The translations under genes were made by a program, and so were the position numbers. Under the pieces are notes generated by a model. That model saw nothing but the letters and a program-made list of their open reading frames with translations, was not told the DNA's origin and did not search any database. From Diplonema japonicum (lineage: Eukaryota; Protista; Euglenozoa: Diplonemea): a stretch of 64,000 nucleotides of DNA. Location of the stretch: the NCBI GenBank assembly GCA_964019335.1, contig OZ025671.1, forward strand, positions 372,001-436,000. Reading direction: 5' to 3'. This document shows, in pieces, positions 23,685-36,390 of this stretch; positions within the stretch are counted from its first letter, which is position 1; the number at the start of each line of letters is the position of its first letter.

Positions 23685-26605
23685 TCACTGCTGCTTTTCC
23701 CATTGGTTCAGGAACTCCCTCCAGTATTTCTTGGGCTGACCTTGGGCTTGGCCTTGACCCTGGTTCTGACCTTTTCTAGCAGGGCTTATATCTCTTCTAT
23801 GGGAGCCTTGTTTTTGGGCCTGCGGTGTTTGTTTTTGAACCTGAGGAGGTGTCTGTTGTGCTGGAGCTTGGTGTGCCCGTCCAGGTGTGACTGCATAGTG
23901 CCTCATGGAATGGGCCATAGGGGTTCGCATCTTAGGGACTACCGCAGCACTCGCTTCACTCCTCAGGTCAAGGGCACCAACCGTGTAGCTCGGTCCTATC
24001 GCTGAATGCAGTCGTGCCTCTAACTCCTGCGTCCTCTTCGACATGGCTTCTGCCTTCGCGTTAGCCACTGCCTCCGCTGTCTCTGCCCTTCGTACCATGT
24101 TCATGGCGTCCTGCAACGCTTGGCTCACTTCCGCCTGTGATGTGATGTGATGTGCAATATGTGAAGTGTGACGCATACCTCAACAGCTTTCATCTTGCTC
24201 GCTTTCTCGAAATCCTTTTTCCTCGGCTTCGAGGTCTCAGGTGTCATCCCATGCACCTCCGACGGGCTAATCGGTGGGCTGTCGCACGAGCTCTCCGGCA
24301 CAGGCGGCGGCGACTCCTCCCTCTCATCCGCGGCTATCACAGACGGTAGTGATGTAGTTGCTGCCGACAGCTGCGACATAGGTTCCAGCAGCTCATCTGT
24401 GGGCGTTGCGGACGCGATGGCGACTTCCACGGGCTCCGACTGCTGATGCCGAAGCCCCACTACCTCGGACATGAGGTTCTGTACAGCAGGCACGATGTAC
24501 GTGCCGTTGGGCCCCAGGTGCACCTTGATGCTGTCCTCGCTCGGAAAGGCGCTGACTGTGTCACTGCGGTCATCAAGGACCTGCTGCCCTATGTCGGTAA
24601 CTTGCGAAGACTGTGGAGCACTGCAGATGAAACTGTTTGCACTCATATTTTTGCTTGCCAACGTATTTCCGCTGCAAGCGGGCTTACCGCCCAAAGTGCT
24701 TGCTGGCTTGTCAACGTTGGACTGCTGTCGTGAATGGGAATGAAGCAGCTGATGCGATTGTTGGGTTGCAGGAAGGCTTTCCTGATAGATAGATGGCATG
24801 GAAGTAGTCGCGGTGGATTCGACTGTCGCACCGTCAGGTGGCGAGGGGCCGTCAGAGACAACACTCCTGTCGGCAGTGAAGCCTTTCGAGACCTCGCTGA
24901 TTGCGTCGTCGTTGTGGTGGGTGCGCAGTGCATCTGGCGACGGTGACGGTGCAGCTGTGCTGACCGGTGTGCCGTGGTAGAAAACTGGCGCGTTGGTGGA
25001 TTCGGCCCTCTTTGGAGGAGGCATGACCACAAGGGGTGAGGCCTTCTTGTACCTTTCGTGCACCTGCGGCGCAACGGGTGCGCCCCTACCTGGTGACACG
25101 TCCCGCCTTTCCTTTCCAGGCTGTGCTGCACTGAGGATCTTGAGGGCGGCGTCTACTAGGTCGCCGGCCTGCTTCACGGCGTTCTCGGCTCGCACTCTGC
25201 GTGGAATTCAAACCTCATAAAGCACATACCTGTCATCTTCTACAGCTGCTGCAGACTCTTGGACCTTCTTCTGCTCCGAGCGTGCTTTCTTTATTTGTCT
25301 ATTTATTTGTTCCATGGCATGCTTATTCCCCTCTGCTACTGCATGCATCTGCCCTGCCATTGTCGCATCCAGCGCTTGACGTTCCTGTGCAGCAAGAGCC
25401 GCTGCGTTCTGAGCTGCCATTCTTTCTCTTGTCGCCGCTTGCAAGGCCTGCTGGTTCTGCTCTTGCGTGTGCTGCAGAATCTGTGCCATGTCACTCGAGT
25501 ACAACTTGTTCTTCTGGCTGGCCTGCTGCAGCACTGCCTCAACACCCTCACGTTGCGCAATTGCATGCACAGCAGCCTGTTCTGCCAACAGCCTCTCACG
25601 CTTTGCCTGCTCTAGCAGCCGCTCTGCTTCCTGCTCTTTCTTCAAAGTGTATGCCGCAGCTTCTTTTTCTTTCTGTTCAGCAGCAGCGATGGCCGCAGCA
25701 GCCCGCTGTTCTGCCCGCCGTCTGGACCTCTCCTCATGCCCGCATCTTCTTGGTGGTGTCGGCATGGCGGCGGCCACGGGTGCATGGGGAAGTGTGATGG
25801 GGACGTAAGGCGTTTCCGTGTTTCCCTTCCCGAAGACGGACCTGTCGCTGATGGGAGCCACGGGCATTGGGGCAGGCAAAGAAACTGGTGTGGGTGTCTT
25901 TGCAGAAGGAACAGTGGAGGGCTTGGGTGTAGGCTTAGGAGAGGGCTTCGGCGTGGGTCTGGGAGTGGGCTTCGGAGTTGGTATCGGGGTGGTTTGTACA
26001 CCCGTGTCCTCTACTGGCGTAGCTTGGGTGGCAGCATGGATTTGAGGTGCTTGCATAGGAGTAAGCGTGTGCCGCTGCGTCTGGCGTGGCTCGGGGTGCA
26101 GGGGAGGTGGGGTTTGGTAGGGTGAAGGCTTTGGCGTCCAGTACCTCTTAGGGTGTATGGGTGGCCTAAGCGATACCTCTTCCTCTTCCTCTTCCTCGTA
26201 GCTCGACTCTTCCTCACTTTCGTACTGATGTCTCTGTGGCTGTTCATGCCCCTTTGCTGGCTGCGGTGCAAGTTCTTTCAAGATTTTTGCAGCTCTCCGT
26301 TTCGCTTCGGCAGGAGGGCACGCAGCGAGGAGGTCGGGGTCTATGTGGTGGATTTTCTTAGCGACGGCCTCTGCGTCAGCGTGGGAGTGCATCTTTGCCG
26401 GTCCAGATGAAAAGGGCCCCAGGGTGGAGGGGGGCCGTGCGGAGCAGTCGCCACATGACATCGTTGGGACACCGTGGATGCACACCCCGCCGCGCACGGG
26501 GGACACACCCATCTGGTTCAGCCCGGCTGCCTTGGCATCCGGCGGGGGGGGCATCATGGAAGGCTCCAACTCTGGCTCAGGTGCATAGTTCCTTATCTTC
26601 GACAT
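23685..26605 (-). CDS. Hypothetical Pro/Ser/Thr-rich and coiled-coil protein; exons 26605-25230, 25196-24179 and 24134-23685, ~947 aa
   Basis: Three track ORFs joined in frame by GTATG..CAG introns of 33 nt (25197-25229) and 44 nt (24135-24178). Confidence 0.75.
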
Positions 26606-26831
26606 TATGCATGCGATTCCCCCGTCCTAGGTAATAATATCCCCCCCCCCCCCCCCCCAAACAAAAGTATCGCAAAAAAAAAAGAACAAAAAATTCGATC
26701 AAGGTGACACAAATAAAACGGTGCTCAGTATGACATCACTACAGTCGGCACCAAGTGTACCATAAAGCACACGGGTGGGGGTGTTTGTAGTCAAAGGCTC
26801 GGACAGCTTCCTCTTACCTGCTGCATGAAAC

Positions 26832-27557
26832 TCATGAAACAAGTCGCTTCCGTCTGCGGTCCTCCCACACGGGATGCGCTTCCCAGGCTTTGCCTCGCCA
26901 CTGGCGGGCATCGGAATCCCACAGGCCCTTGCGGTGCTTGTCCTCTTCAGTCCACCTTCCCGTGCGTCTGTAAGGGTCTGCCTTCCAGACGGCATATAGT
27001 TCTACAGCAATGTTAAAGGCTTTCCATGCTGAGAGCCAAGCTTCGTAAGCAGGTTGGAGGTTTGGGCTGTGTTCAACTGACTCATAGGCACAACGAAACG
27101 CTCGCCATTCGATCAAGGCGGCGGTGAAGGCGGCTTTGTTGGCTTTGTCGGTTTCCTCTCGAAGAGCTTCTTCCTGCTGCTGCCGAAGAAGTTCGTCCTC
27201 CCTTCGCCTCCGCTCTTCTTCAAGCCAGCTCAAAATGTCTTTGTTCCTCTCAGGGTCAGCACGGTGATATGCATCTTTTAGTTCGTCGTCTTCATCAAAA
27301 ACAGCTGATGTGTTGCTTGTTCGTCCGCCATGCACGGTCCCCTGCTTCTTACTTCTCTTTTGGATTCTTGCTTCTCTTTTTAGCATTTGATAGGTGTCGT
27401 TAATCTCTTTCATGGAACCATCCCTCCCTCCTCTGTCAGGGTGGTGCTCCTTCGCCAGCTCGATGTACTTCTTCCGCACTTCAGTTTCGGTGGCATCCTT
27501 GCTGAGCCCAAACAGCGACCTCGCACATTTTGCTATGCATTCTGTTCTTTTGAACAT
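26832..27557 (-). CDS. DnaJ-domain protein
   Basis: J domain LFGLSKDATETEVRKKYIELAKEHHPDRGG..MKEINDTYQML with an intact HPD. Confidence 0.85.
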   Translation of the reverse strand: MFKRTECIAKCARSLFGLSKDATETEVRKKYIELAKEHHPDRGGRDGSMKEINDTYQMLKREARIQKRSKKQGTVHGGRTSNTSAVFDEDDELKDAYHRADPERNKDILSWLEEERRRREDELLRQQQEEALREETDKANKAAFTAALIEWRAFRCAYESVEHSPNLQPAYEAWLSAWKAFNIAVELYAVWKADPYRRTGRWTEEDKHRKGLWDSDARQWRGKAWEAHPVWEDRRRKRLVS

Positions 27558-27935
27558 TGCATTTTTTCCTTCTTTTTTTTTCCTCCTTTTTTTATTCTTC
27601 TACCCCTTTTCTTCTTGGGGGGGGGGGGGGGGGGGGTCCAGCGGGGGGGCTGAAATGAAATATTAAAAACCAATTCAAAGCGATAGCGACAATATACAAT
27701 AGCAACCGTGGCTGTCTTTCTATTCTCTCTCCTTCGATCCCTCTTTTCTTTTTTACCTCCAATTTTTTTCTTTGTTTTTTTCTTCAACCGCATTAAAGGG
27801 GGGATATAAAACGAAAAGCTAAAAAATAAAAAAATATGGATGAATAGACATGAGATGTTACAATTTTTGGACAATGGGTGGACACAGGGAAAAATCTTTT
27901 TTTATCTATTAGGGAGAAGGGGGAGGGTGGATTCC

Positions 27936-30900
27936 TTAACTTAGCGCAAAACTACCACCAAAGCCACCAGACCCGCTAAGTGCATGAGAAGAGTTCCCTC
28001 TAGCGGAGTAGGCAAAGCTAAGCTGGTTCAGAGGTGCAACACTTGAAGGGTGTTTACGGGTGCTTGCTTGTTTACCAACTGACTGATTGATATCGCGAAC
28101 GGCTCGAGAAAGCTCCCCGAGTTGATTCCTGATCTCTTGAACATCTTTAGAGGTTAAGGTCATCCCCTCCGTAATCTGTTAAACAAGTAAAAACCCAAAT
28201 TCCCTTTATCACATACTCGAGTATCCATATCTTCCAAGGTTCTGACCATGTCTTGCCCATGCAACTGTTCACTGCTCTCTGCTTTTTTTTTTTTTTTTTT
28301 TTTTTTAATTTTTGAAACCCCGCACCTTCAGTCTCTTGCTTTTTGTGATCCACCGCCAGCGCCTTGTTCAAAGGAAAGAACGATAGGTCCATCGTCTTTA
28401 CTTTCTCATAGACATACGACTCTTGTCCGTTAAATTCACTGACTTCCTTCAGCCGAAGGTGGTGCAAGAAGAACACGTAGAGCCACATGTTGTGGTCTTC
28501 CTTAATGTGGTTTCGGAACCCGTCTGCGTGCCTGTACAGATTTCTTTTAAAAAGGATTTATTTCTTCTTATACCTGTCAAACTCCGAGGCTTCAATCCCG
28601 CATATAAAGCACTTTGTGCGGATGTCCTCTTCGACAGCTTGTCGTTGAGATCGCAGTTCCGCAAAAGTGTCAATGATGATACCTTTTTTTTTCTTCTCTT
28701 TTTTTTTCCCCTCGTTAACATACCAAAGATGATGTTCAGAAGAATGACGATGACAAGAAGGAAGAACAGGACCTCAAAGGCCATCTGCATGCCGTACATG
28801 TGTTCGGACCACCCAGGGTCTGTCATGTGGTCCCCCAGGCCCCCATCCGACCGAACGCCATGGGTCAGTGCGTACGAGAAGCACCGTATCAGAGTGCTGC
28901 AGACAGGGTCACCGTTCTCAGACTTCAACGCATCGCGGAAAAAAATATAGGCAACCACAGAGAACAGGTACACGACCACCATCCCTAGCACGCAGGTCAA
29001 CAGCAGTGCCTTCCCATTCTGGGTCACTGCTCTGATCACGTTGTGTAGTACGTCGGAAGCTCGTGCGATGCTCACCAGATGCACCGACAAGAACAACGGG
29101 CGGTAGTACCCCAGCACAGCCAGCGCTATCATCGTCAAATAATAGTAAAACGAGGGTGTTACAAGACATGTCTGCAGCACCGCTGCGGTGTGTTGCACAA
29201 CAGGATCGAATGGTGTTAGCAGAGCGGATGCTTTCTTATCACTCTTCTGCCGTACTTCTGCCACCTCTGCGCTCCTCTCTGTGCTGCTTGTCGCGGTCGT
29301 CGCATTCGACTTCGGCGAATCGTTCGGTGTTTGCGGTGCCGACGCGGTGTCCGCATCGCACCCTATGTTCCTCCTCGGGGATTTATGTAGCTCCCCGTCT
29401 GCCTTTGACACCTTTGCGGAAGCTTGTTTGAACCTCTTGTACGCAAGCATCGGTGCCTCTGATGTGAGAAAACACCCAATGCACACCCACAGCAAGAGTA
29501 ACTGCAGTACAGCACATAATTGAATGTACCCAGACAGGCCAGTGTCATTACCCTCAACCCAGTCCTCCACCACGATCAAGACGTTGACGAAAATAGCAAC
29601 GTAAAGCATCAACATCTCGCAGCTCTCTCCGTACAGCCTGTACAGCGTGCGCAGACATTTTGCAAGGTCCTTCCCGCGCACGATGTGCGACAACATGGTG
29701 GCGGTGCTGTCTCGGGTGAACCACTTATCGGTGTACTCCACTTCGTAGATCAAAAGGTCGCCTTTGTCGAAGAAGTCTATGATACGCTCTGTCGATGTGT
29801 TGCGCCGCACAGTCCACAACAGCTCGTACTTGGTCCGCTCACTAAGGCCTGGTGCCACGCACAGTTCCGGTATCCTGAAGTACACCCTCTCCACGTCGGC
29901 ACCCCTGCATATCTCGATACGCCCTGTGCGCTCTTTGAAGTACCTAGTGCCATCCGTGTCGATCAGGTAGTCCAACGATGGTTGGTACGTCTGCAATGTC
30001 TTGAACAATATGAAGATCGAGAAGCCCAGCTCAAGTGCGTACTCTGCCTTGTCATTGTCGCCCTGAGCGTCGGCAAGCACCTTCATGTCCCACACCTCGT
30101 ACAGCGTGTCGCGGAACACCTCAAGGTCAAGGCCCTGGTTGCCCGTCATCATGGCGACGATCGACTGGTCGGTGCCGCCCTCCAAGAGAGACAGTACTGT
30201 GGCCACAGCGGCGGTCCGGATCTGGTCCACAAGCTCAGGTCGCGTACTTTGAACTAAAAAAAAGTCGACCCCACCTCCGTCACCCGGTGATTGGAATACA
30301 GCGTTCACTGCCAAGCACATCCCCCCATGGACGACGCATAACTGGTTTTCGATGACAGGCCCCTGACAGTACTCTGTTAGTGTATTGTACGTCTGCAGTG
30401 CGATCTCTGCCATGAACTCATCGATATGTGCGACCTGCAGCACTGCCGTCAGGAAGCACAGCGACTCGTTCACCAAGTTGAAGGAGTGCACGTTGTCGCC
30501 CTGCTCGCGCAGGTAGTTCTGCAGCTCGGTGTTGTGCCCTTCGCAGAACAGCTGCAGGTATCGCATCACCTCCTTCGTGTGGAACAGGTTCTTCGTTTTG
30601 TAGAGAGCCGTCTTTGTGTAGTCGACGGTGCTCCTAGTGTGCTCGAGGAACGGCGGAGTGTTTTGCAGGCGGGAAGGTTTAGTGTACGGGGATAAGGCGA
30701 CAGCTTTCTTAAGACTCACCCGCCTGCCACGGAGGTAAGAGCCTGACTCCACGCTTTGCATGAAGGAGATGGCGTCTCTGATTCTGTCCATTAAGGACTT
30801 GAACAGAACCTCGTCATCGCGAGAAAGGAAATAGAGAGCGAGGGATCGCTGTACTTGGTAGTTTCCGCCCTCCAGCAATGCAATACCGCACTCGAGACCG

Positions 30901-33900
30901 TTTTTGATGACGTCTGAGTTTCTTGATTCGATCAAGACAGCGATGTCAGCTGTTAGGCCCAAGTCGTCGAGGAGGTTCTGGCAATCCGTCAGCGTGAAAG
31001 GGATACCGTTGCCCCGCATAAGATTCCCTTCTGCAGCCATGTTCAGTACGGTGGTGAAAGTACGCAGAAGCACCACACACAGGTCATCCCCTTTCGGCAC
31101 TTCCTTCAAGTGGCGGAACAAATTTATCACATAACTATACTTGCGATCAGGCGGACCCTTCGGGTCCATGAGGTGCGACATTACGTAGTTGGCCATCGCA
31201 GTGATGCTCGAGTCGTCGATGTCAGCAAGTGTGTCTGATGTGTCGCAGCCAAGAGATTCCGAGAACGCGCGGTACAGCGTTTCAAGGGAGCGTCTGTAGA
31301 GCACAGAGTTCCCTTCGTAGAGCGTGGTCTCGAGCAGTATGTTGACAAGCAGGTCGTGTCCCTGCTTGTTGCCAAAACGGATCTCGGATATCCATGCCCG
31401 GAAGTCGTAGCCAGCCTCGCCTTCCTTGTCCATGATTTTCATGATCAGCTTGCAGACCTCAACCTTCGTGTTCATCACCACCATCGACACCTCGTTGTGA
31501 GTAAAGACGGTCATCTTCGCCTTCGGGCGAGCAACGCCTTGTCGCTTCCTGCCGAAGAACGACTGCCGATGCCCAGGGTCGGTGTTACTCCTACGCTTCA
31601 AGATCTTATTCAGCCACATGGACTGCGAGGCTCCGTTGCACATATTTTCATCGACGTAAGGCGCGCGCGTCGTGTTGATCGCATCGAGAACATCGCTGGA
31701 AGGGTCCAGCAGCCGTAGCAGCCAGGTCAGCATTTCCTTCATTTCGAAGGCTTCGTACATGGACATCTTCAGCATTTCCTGCACGAGTTTCAAGACCTCT
31801 GTAAGAAACACGTTTCTCGCAAGGCACTCCGTTACCATGACATAGTTGTCTTTGATGATATGCAGCAGCACTTTCTTCAAGCACAGGACGTACCTCTCAT
31901 TGCCCTTCCGTGGGAATTGCACGCCCTCGTCTGTGTTGATGGACACTGACCTCTTAATCGAGTCATCGCTCGCAGCTGCTACGTATAGGTAGCGTGTGAT
32001 GGTGGCATAAGCTGTTCGGATATTATCACACTCAGGTGTTCCAAAGTCCATGTGTATGCCGGTCAAGGCTTCTTGGAAGCTGATCATCTTGCTGACCTTT
32101 GAGCGTGTGTTGCTGTCACCGTCCACGCACAACATCGACCACAGTATCAACATGCCTTCGAAGTGCTTCACGTACGGCTGGTTGTCGTCTTGCGAAACGA
32201 TGAACTCCTTTACGGGCATCCACCCCTTCTTTCTCTTCCCTTCAGTGTCTCTGTTGTCTGTTAGTACCGGTGTCGACACAGGTGTGCTTGCGACGTCTTC
32301 CTCTCTAATGTCCTGCCGCAGATACGACAGGTCGCCATCGTCGTGTGACCACGCATCCTCGTCACTGTTCTCTTCTTCCTCTTCTTCTTCTTCGTTATCT
32401 GTAAATCCGTCGCGCTTCACGAATGTCGACGTGTGAGGTATGTCTTCCAAGTCCATGTGAACTGAGAAGCTCATGTCGGCAGTAGGCTTCCGTGTGAGCA
32501 AGCGAGAGGGGGACTTATCCCAATTAGTGCTGGGCTTTATCCATAACTGTCCCTTGTGCACCCGTGTGGGGAACACAACGCCCTCTGTGTTTTCCAACTT
32601 TTCCATGATGATGTTTTGATTCTGCTGCATGCCTACCTCCTCGCCTCCCGGTGCCACAGTGCATATGCATGCGCACGACAGGAGCTCCAAGTAAGGTGTG
32701 GGCGAGATATATGTTATAAGCTGCTGCTCTTTCAGTTTATACAGCAGTGCATAGTTATTCCTGTAGATGCCCACGAGTGTCTTCACTGCATCGTATTCGC
32801 ATGGAAGCTGAGACTCAATGAAGGGGATGTACGGTGCGAGTTTCACTGCGAGCGACACGTCGTCTTGGATCATGTTCTTCAGCAGCTGGTAGGACAGCTG
32901 AAAGAGCCTCGTGTACAACCTGTTCTCCAGGTTGCAGTCCATCTGGATCGGCACTTGAAGGATCTTCAGTACCCACAGATGTATGTTCTGAGAGAACAGA
33001 ATGCACTGCTTGTCATGATTCATTGCAGCCTTCGCACCGAACGTGTTTTTGCTGGACTCGGTGCAGAATCTGATCAGAGACTTCAAACATTCAATGGCAT
33101 TGCTGACGATAGTGTTGTCATGGCTTGGTGGCTCGACAGGAACTCTGCATTGCTTCTTCTTCCCAATCGGGAGTGATTCAGGGCTCGGAAGTCCAATCAA
33201 CGGGCTGCCTAACGTAGCGCCTTCATTAGGCTTTTCGGATGAAGTCACCCAGCTGTGGATGGTCTTCCCGAGAGACGCCCGCATGGTGCAGATGGTGATG
33301 AGTCTCTCGAACTCTATCTTCGACGCCTGCCGCACGGCGAAAACTGCTTCGTAGGCGACTTCGTCCGCAAGCTTTGGCTGTACCTTTGTGGTGGAAGAGA
33401 AGCCTAGGATACTGTCTTGGTTTTCCGTGTCGAGGTGAAGCCATTTCCGCGAGTGAACGAATTGTATCCTGCAGTAGCTGGAGGTGATGAGCATGCCTGC
33501 CTCCTCTGCGGAATTCTGGATGGTGTTAACAGGGTGGAACACCACAACCGTGTGGGGGTTCGTCGGGTCCGACGAGATGGTGAGCTTATGTGCGTTGTCC
33601 CTTGCATCGACTGTGAGATACCCGGAAGATGCGATGTGCCGGATGCGGTAAGCCTTCCTGTTTTGAAGCCATCCTACAGGTCCCCCGCGGGAGGGGTCGA
33701 TGTACTCGATGAGCCACAAGGCGTTAGAGGAGTGCGGGAAGTCAGCTACAACGTATGACGTGGACGACTCCCGAGGTGAGGCATTTGTGTCGTAGTACAG
33801 TTTGTGTACACCACCAGTGTCATTTAAGAAGGCCTCTGACACTGCCTTCCCAGGACGCGGGCACGACCTGACGTCACGTGCGACGAACGGTTTGTGCTTC

Positions 33901-36290
33901 TGGTCTAGCTCGTAGTCCGCAGTTAGAAAGCCCTCGAGTTCTTTATGGAACAGCAGCACGGCTTGTCCTGTGTGCATGCAGTCATCGCTGCTTTCTTCAA
34001 AAGGTCGTAAGAAATAAGAGTTGATTGTCCAGCGTGATTTATCCTCGTTCTGCATGAACCTACCCCGCTCAAATGTTTCTTGCTTCCTCACAGGCAGCAG
34101 CCCTGCTAGGTTCTTCGGTGTATCTATCGGAACAGTCGCATTCTCGGTGTACTTCTTGGGCATGACGCACCCATTGCAGGCCAACGACACGATCTCCACG
34201 TTGTCGCCTATGCGGACCTTCTCGCCGTCGCTGCGCAGGAGGCTGGAAGGCATGATCTTGAAGTTCAGGCAAATATCGCCGGCAAGCTCACCTGCTATTT
34301 CTCCTTCATTAAGGAGCGACAAGAAGTGCGGTGATTCTACCGCATCGTTCGACACCGCGCACAAGTACCTGCTAGAAAGAACGTTCACAAGCTTTATCGG
34401 CTGTCCGTAAGCAATGGCGAGCGTCGCTGCCACTTCCTTTATCTCACCGATCTCCAAGGGACCTTCTTCCACCCCTGTCACCCGCTCGATCTGGAAGACG
34501 GTCTTCTCAAACTCCCTAGGAATCTTATACCCCCCGAATACCGACTCCGTTACTGGGAAGCACCTATCTCCGTACCAGCATGCACACAACAGCCCTTCTG
34601 ACGACAGCAAACTGATTTTGTCCCCGACCTTGAGGAAATCCAGCTTAGGCTGCCGTTCGCCGTAGAATGGAGAGATTTGTTTGGGTTGAAATGCAGCGTC
34701 TTCCTTTTGTTTTTCAGGGAACAGTCCGCCGGACAGTGACGCCAGCAGCATCGTGTCCTCCCGCGTCATCGGGTACCCCGGAGTGAGGTATGGGGAGTGC
34801 GCGTTGGTAGTAGTCGTTTGCATCAACGCTGGCTTTTCCTCTTCTTCGGAAGAGGACACACCGTCTTCTTCGCCTTTCCAGCTGGCCTTTAGGATGTTGT
34901 CGCCAAGCTCCGTAATTTGCATTCTGCGCTGGGCAGATGATGTGTGCATTGAGACACTGAGCGCAGGGAGCACAGGTGCTTTCTCGGGAATTCTCACAGC
35001 AGGGGGCGAGGCCGTGAAGTCTTTTGCTGATATATCGTACCGCGACACTGAAAGGATGACCACCTTGCTGGCATCGGGGTGTTCAGGGATTCCCGCAGGC
35101 CACATCACCCGTACAGTCGACTCCAGCGAATAATAAGATTCTGCCGGGAGTTCGATCTTAACCGAGCCGATGAAGAAGGGCCCGCTAATATTGGGAAAGT
35201 TGATGGATTTCTGCACGTTGACATCTGAGCTGAACCAGAGGTGACTACGCCCTCCTGCTTCCCAGCACCTCAGCAGTTTTATGGATTTTTCTTTGCTGAG
35301 TGTCTTCAAAGCGACCGCACACGCTTCTTCAAGCTTGCATGTTATCAACCAGTGCTCGCCCTCATCGACACCACCTGGGATAAAAGGCACCAGCGACACT
35401 TCATGGGGCACGACGTCAGCAAGCTGTGCGCATGCTGCCATCGCAAAGTTAGCCCCCTGGCCGTTCATCTCGGCATTTGACTCACCCATGCCGCTGCACA
35501 ACACAAAGTGCATTACAAACGTTGCAGTGGTCAGCACCAAACTGTTGCCGGTGGGCTTCTCTAACATCATCGCATTCGGCATGATTGACAAGTCGCATTC
35601 CGGTATATTCTTGCTGCTCTGCATAGCTTTCAACACATGACTAGCTTTTACTGTCGTTGGTGTGACTGTGCCTCTTCCAAGGAGGGCCAGGAGCAGCTTA
35701 TGGGACACAACACATGGGTGCAGTGTGCATGAGGGCCAGACATGACTTCGAAACTCACCAGAAGGAAGGAGGAAGTGAAGAAGCCCACCCGCTTTTCCTT
35801 TGGGCTCTACTGAAGGGGCTTTGCCTCGCTGTGCGGTTCTAGATACGAGGAGCAGGTCGGAGGTGACAGGGATGCCGAAAATAAAACCAAATTTGTTTTT
35901 TGACCGGAAGCGAGAGAAAGACGTGGCAAGGGAGCAAAGAGGGACCCACGTGTTGCTCTCGCGCAGAGCAGCGTCATGAAAAAGGAGGTACGGATCGGTG
36001 CCGATCATACGGCAAGGAGCGTATATCGCAAGAACGCAGCGGTCGGCAGCCTGCATGTTCCTAGATAGACTCTCCATCACGTTGTTCAGTTGTGTAGATG
36101 TCGCAGCTTCGTTCTGCAGGAAGTGCACTGTGTATCCAGCAGCGTACAGCATCGCGGTCAACCTCGCCCCATCTTTCCCGAGATAAGGGTCGGCAGCGCA
36201 TTTCGCCGAGCGAAACGAGCTACTGCTCACTACAATAGCATGACACGCACCAGGCGGCCGCAGGGAGGACCTTCTTACTCGTTCAGGCAT
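27936..36290 (-). CDS. ITPR: Inositol 1,4,5-trisphosphate/ryanodine receptor-family Ca2+ channel with an N-terminal degenerate caspase-fold domain; exons (36290 or 36337)-28724, 28682-28574, 28531-28326, 28278-28217, 28175-27936
   Basis: MIR-like [12 protein letters not shown]; RIH-associated [21 protein letters not shown] and TLTEYCQGP; [13 protein letters not shown]; pore [10 protein letters not shown]. Splicing restores [20 protein letters not shown] and [11 protein letters not shown]. Four GT-AG introns of 41-47 nt keep the frame. Confidence 0.9.
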
Positions 36291-36390
36291 CTCCGCACCG
36301 CATGGTACCTCCTGTGGTGTGAGATAGGCGTTCAAGACTGTTTTGTTTTACAAAAAGTATAAGATAATAGACTCTATTACTCAGGCACTT

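Noticed and set aside
26715-26830. Possible C/D snoRNA (GTGATGT..CTGA) after the DnaJ gene
   Set aside because: The boxes are only 4 nt apart, with no convincing upstream C box or terminal stem.
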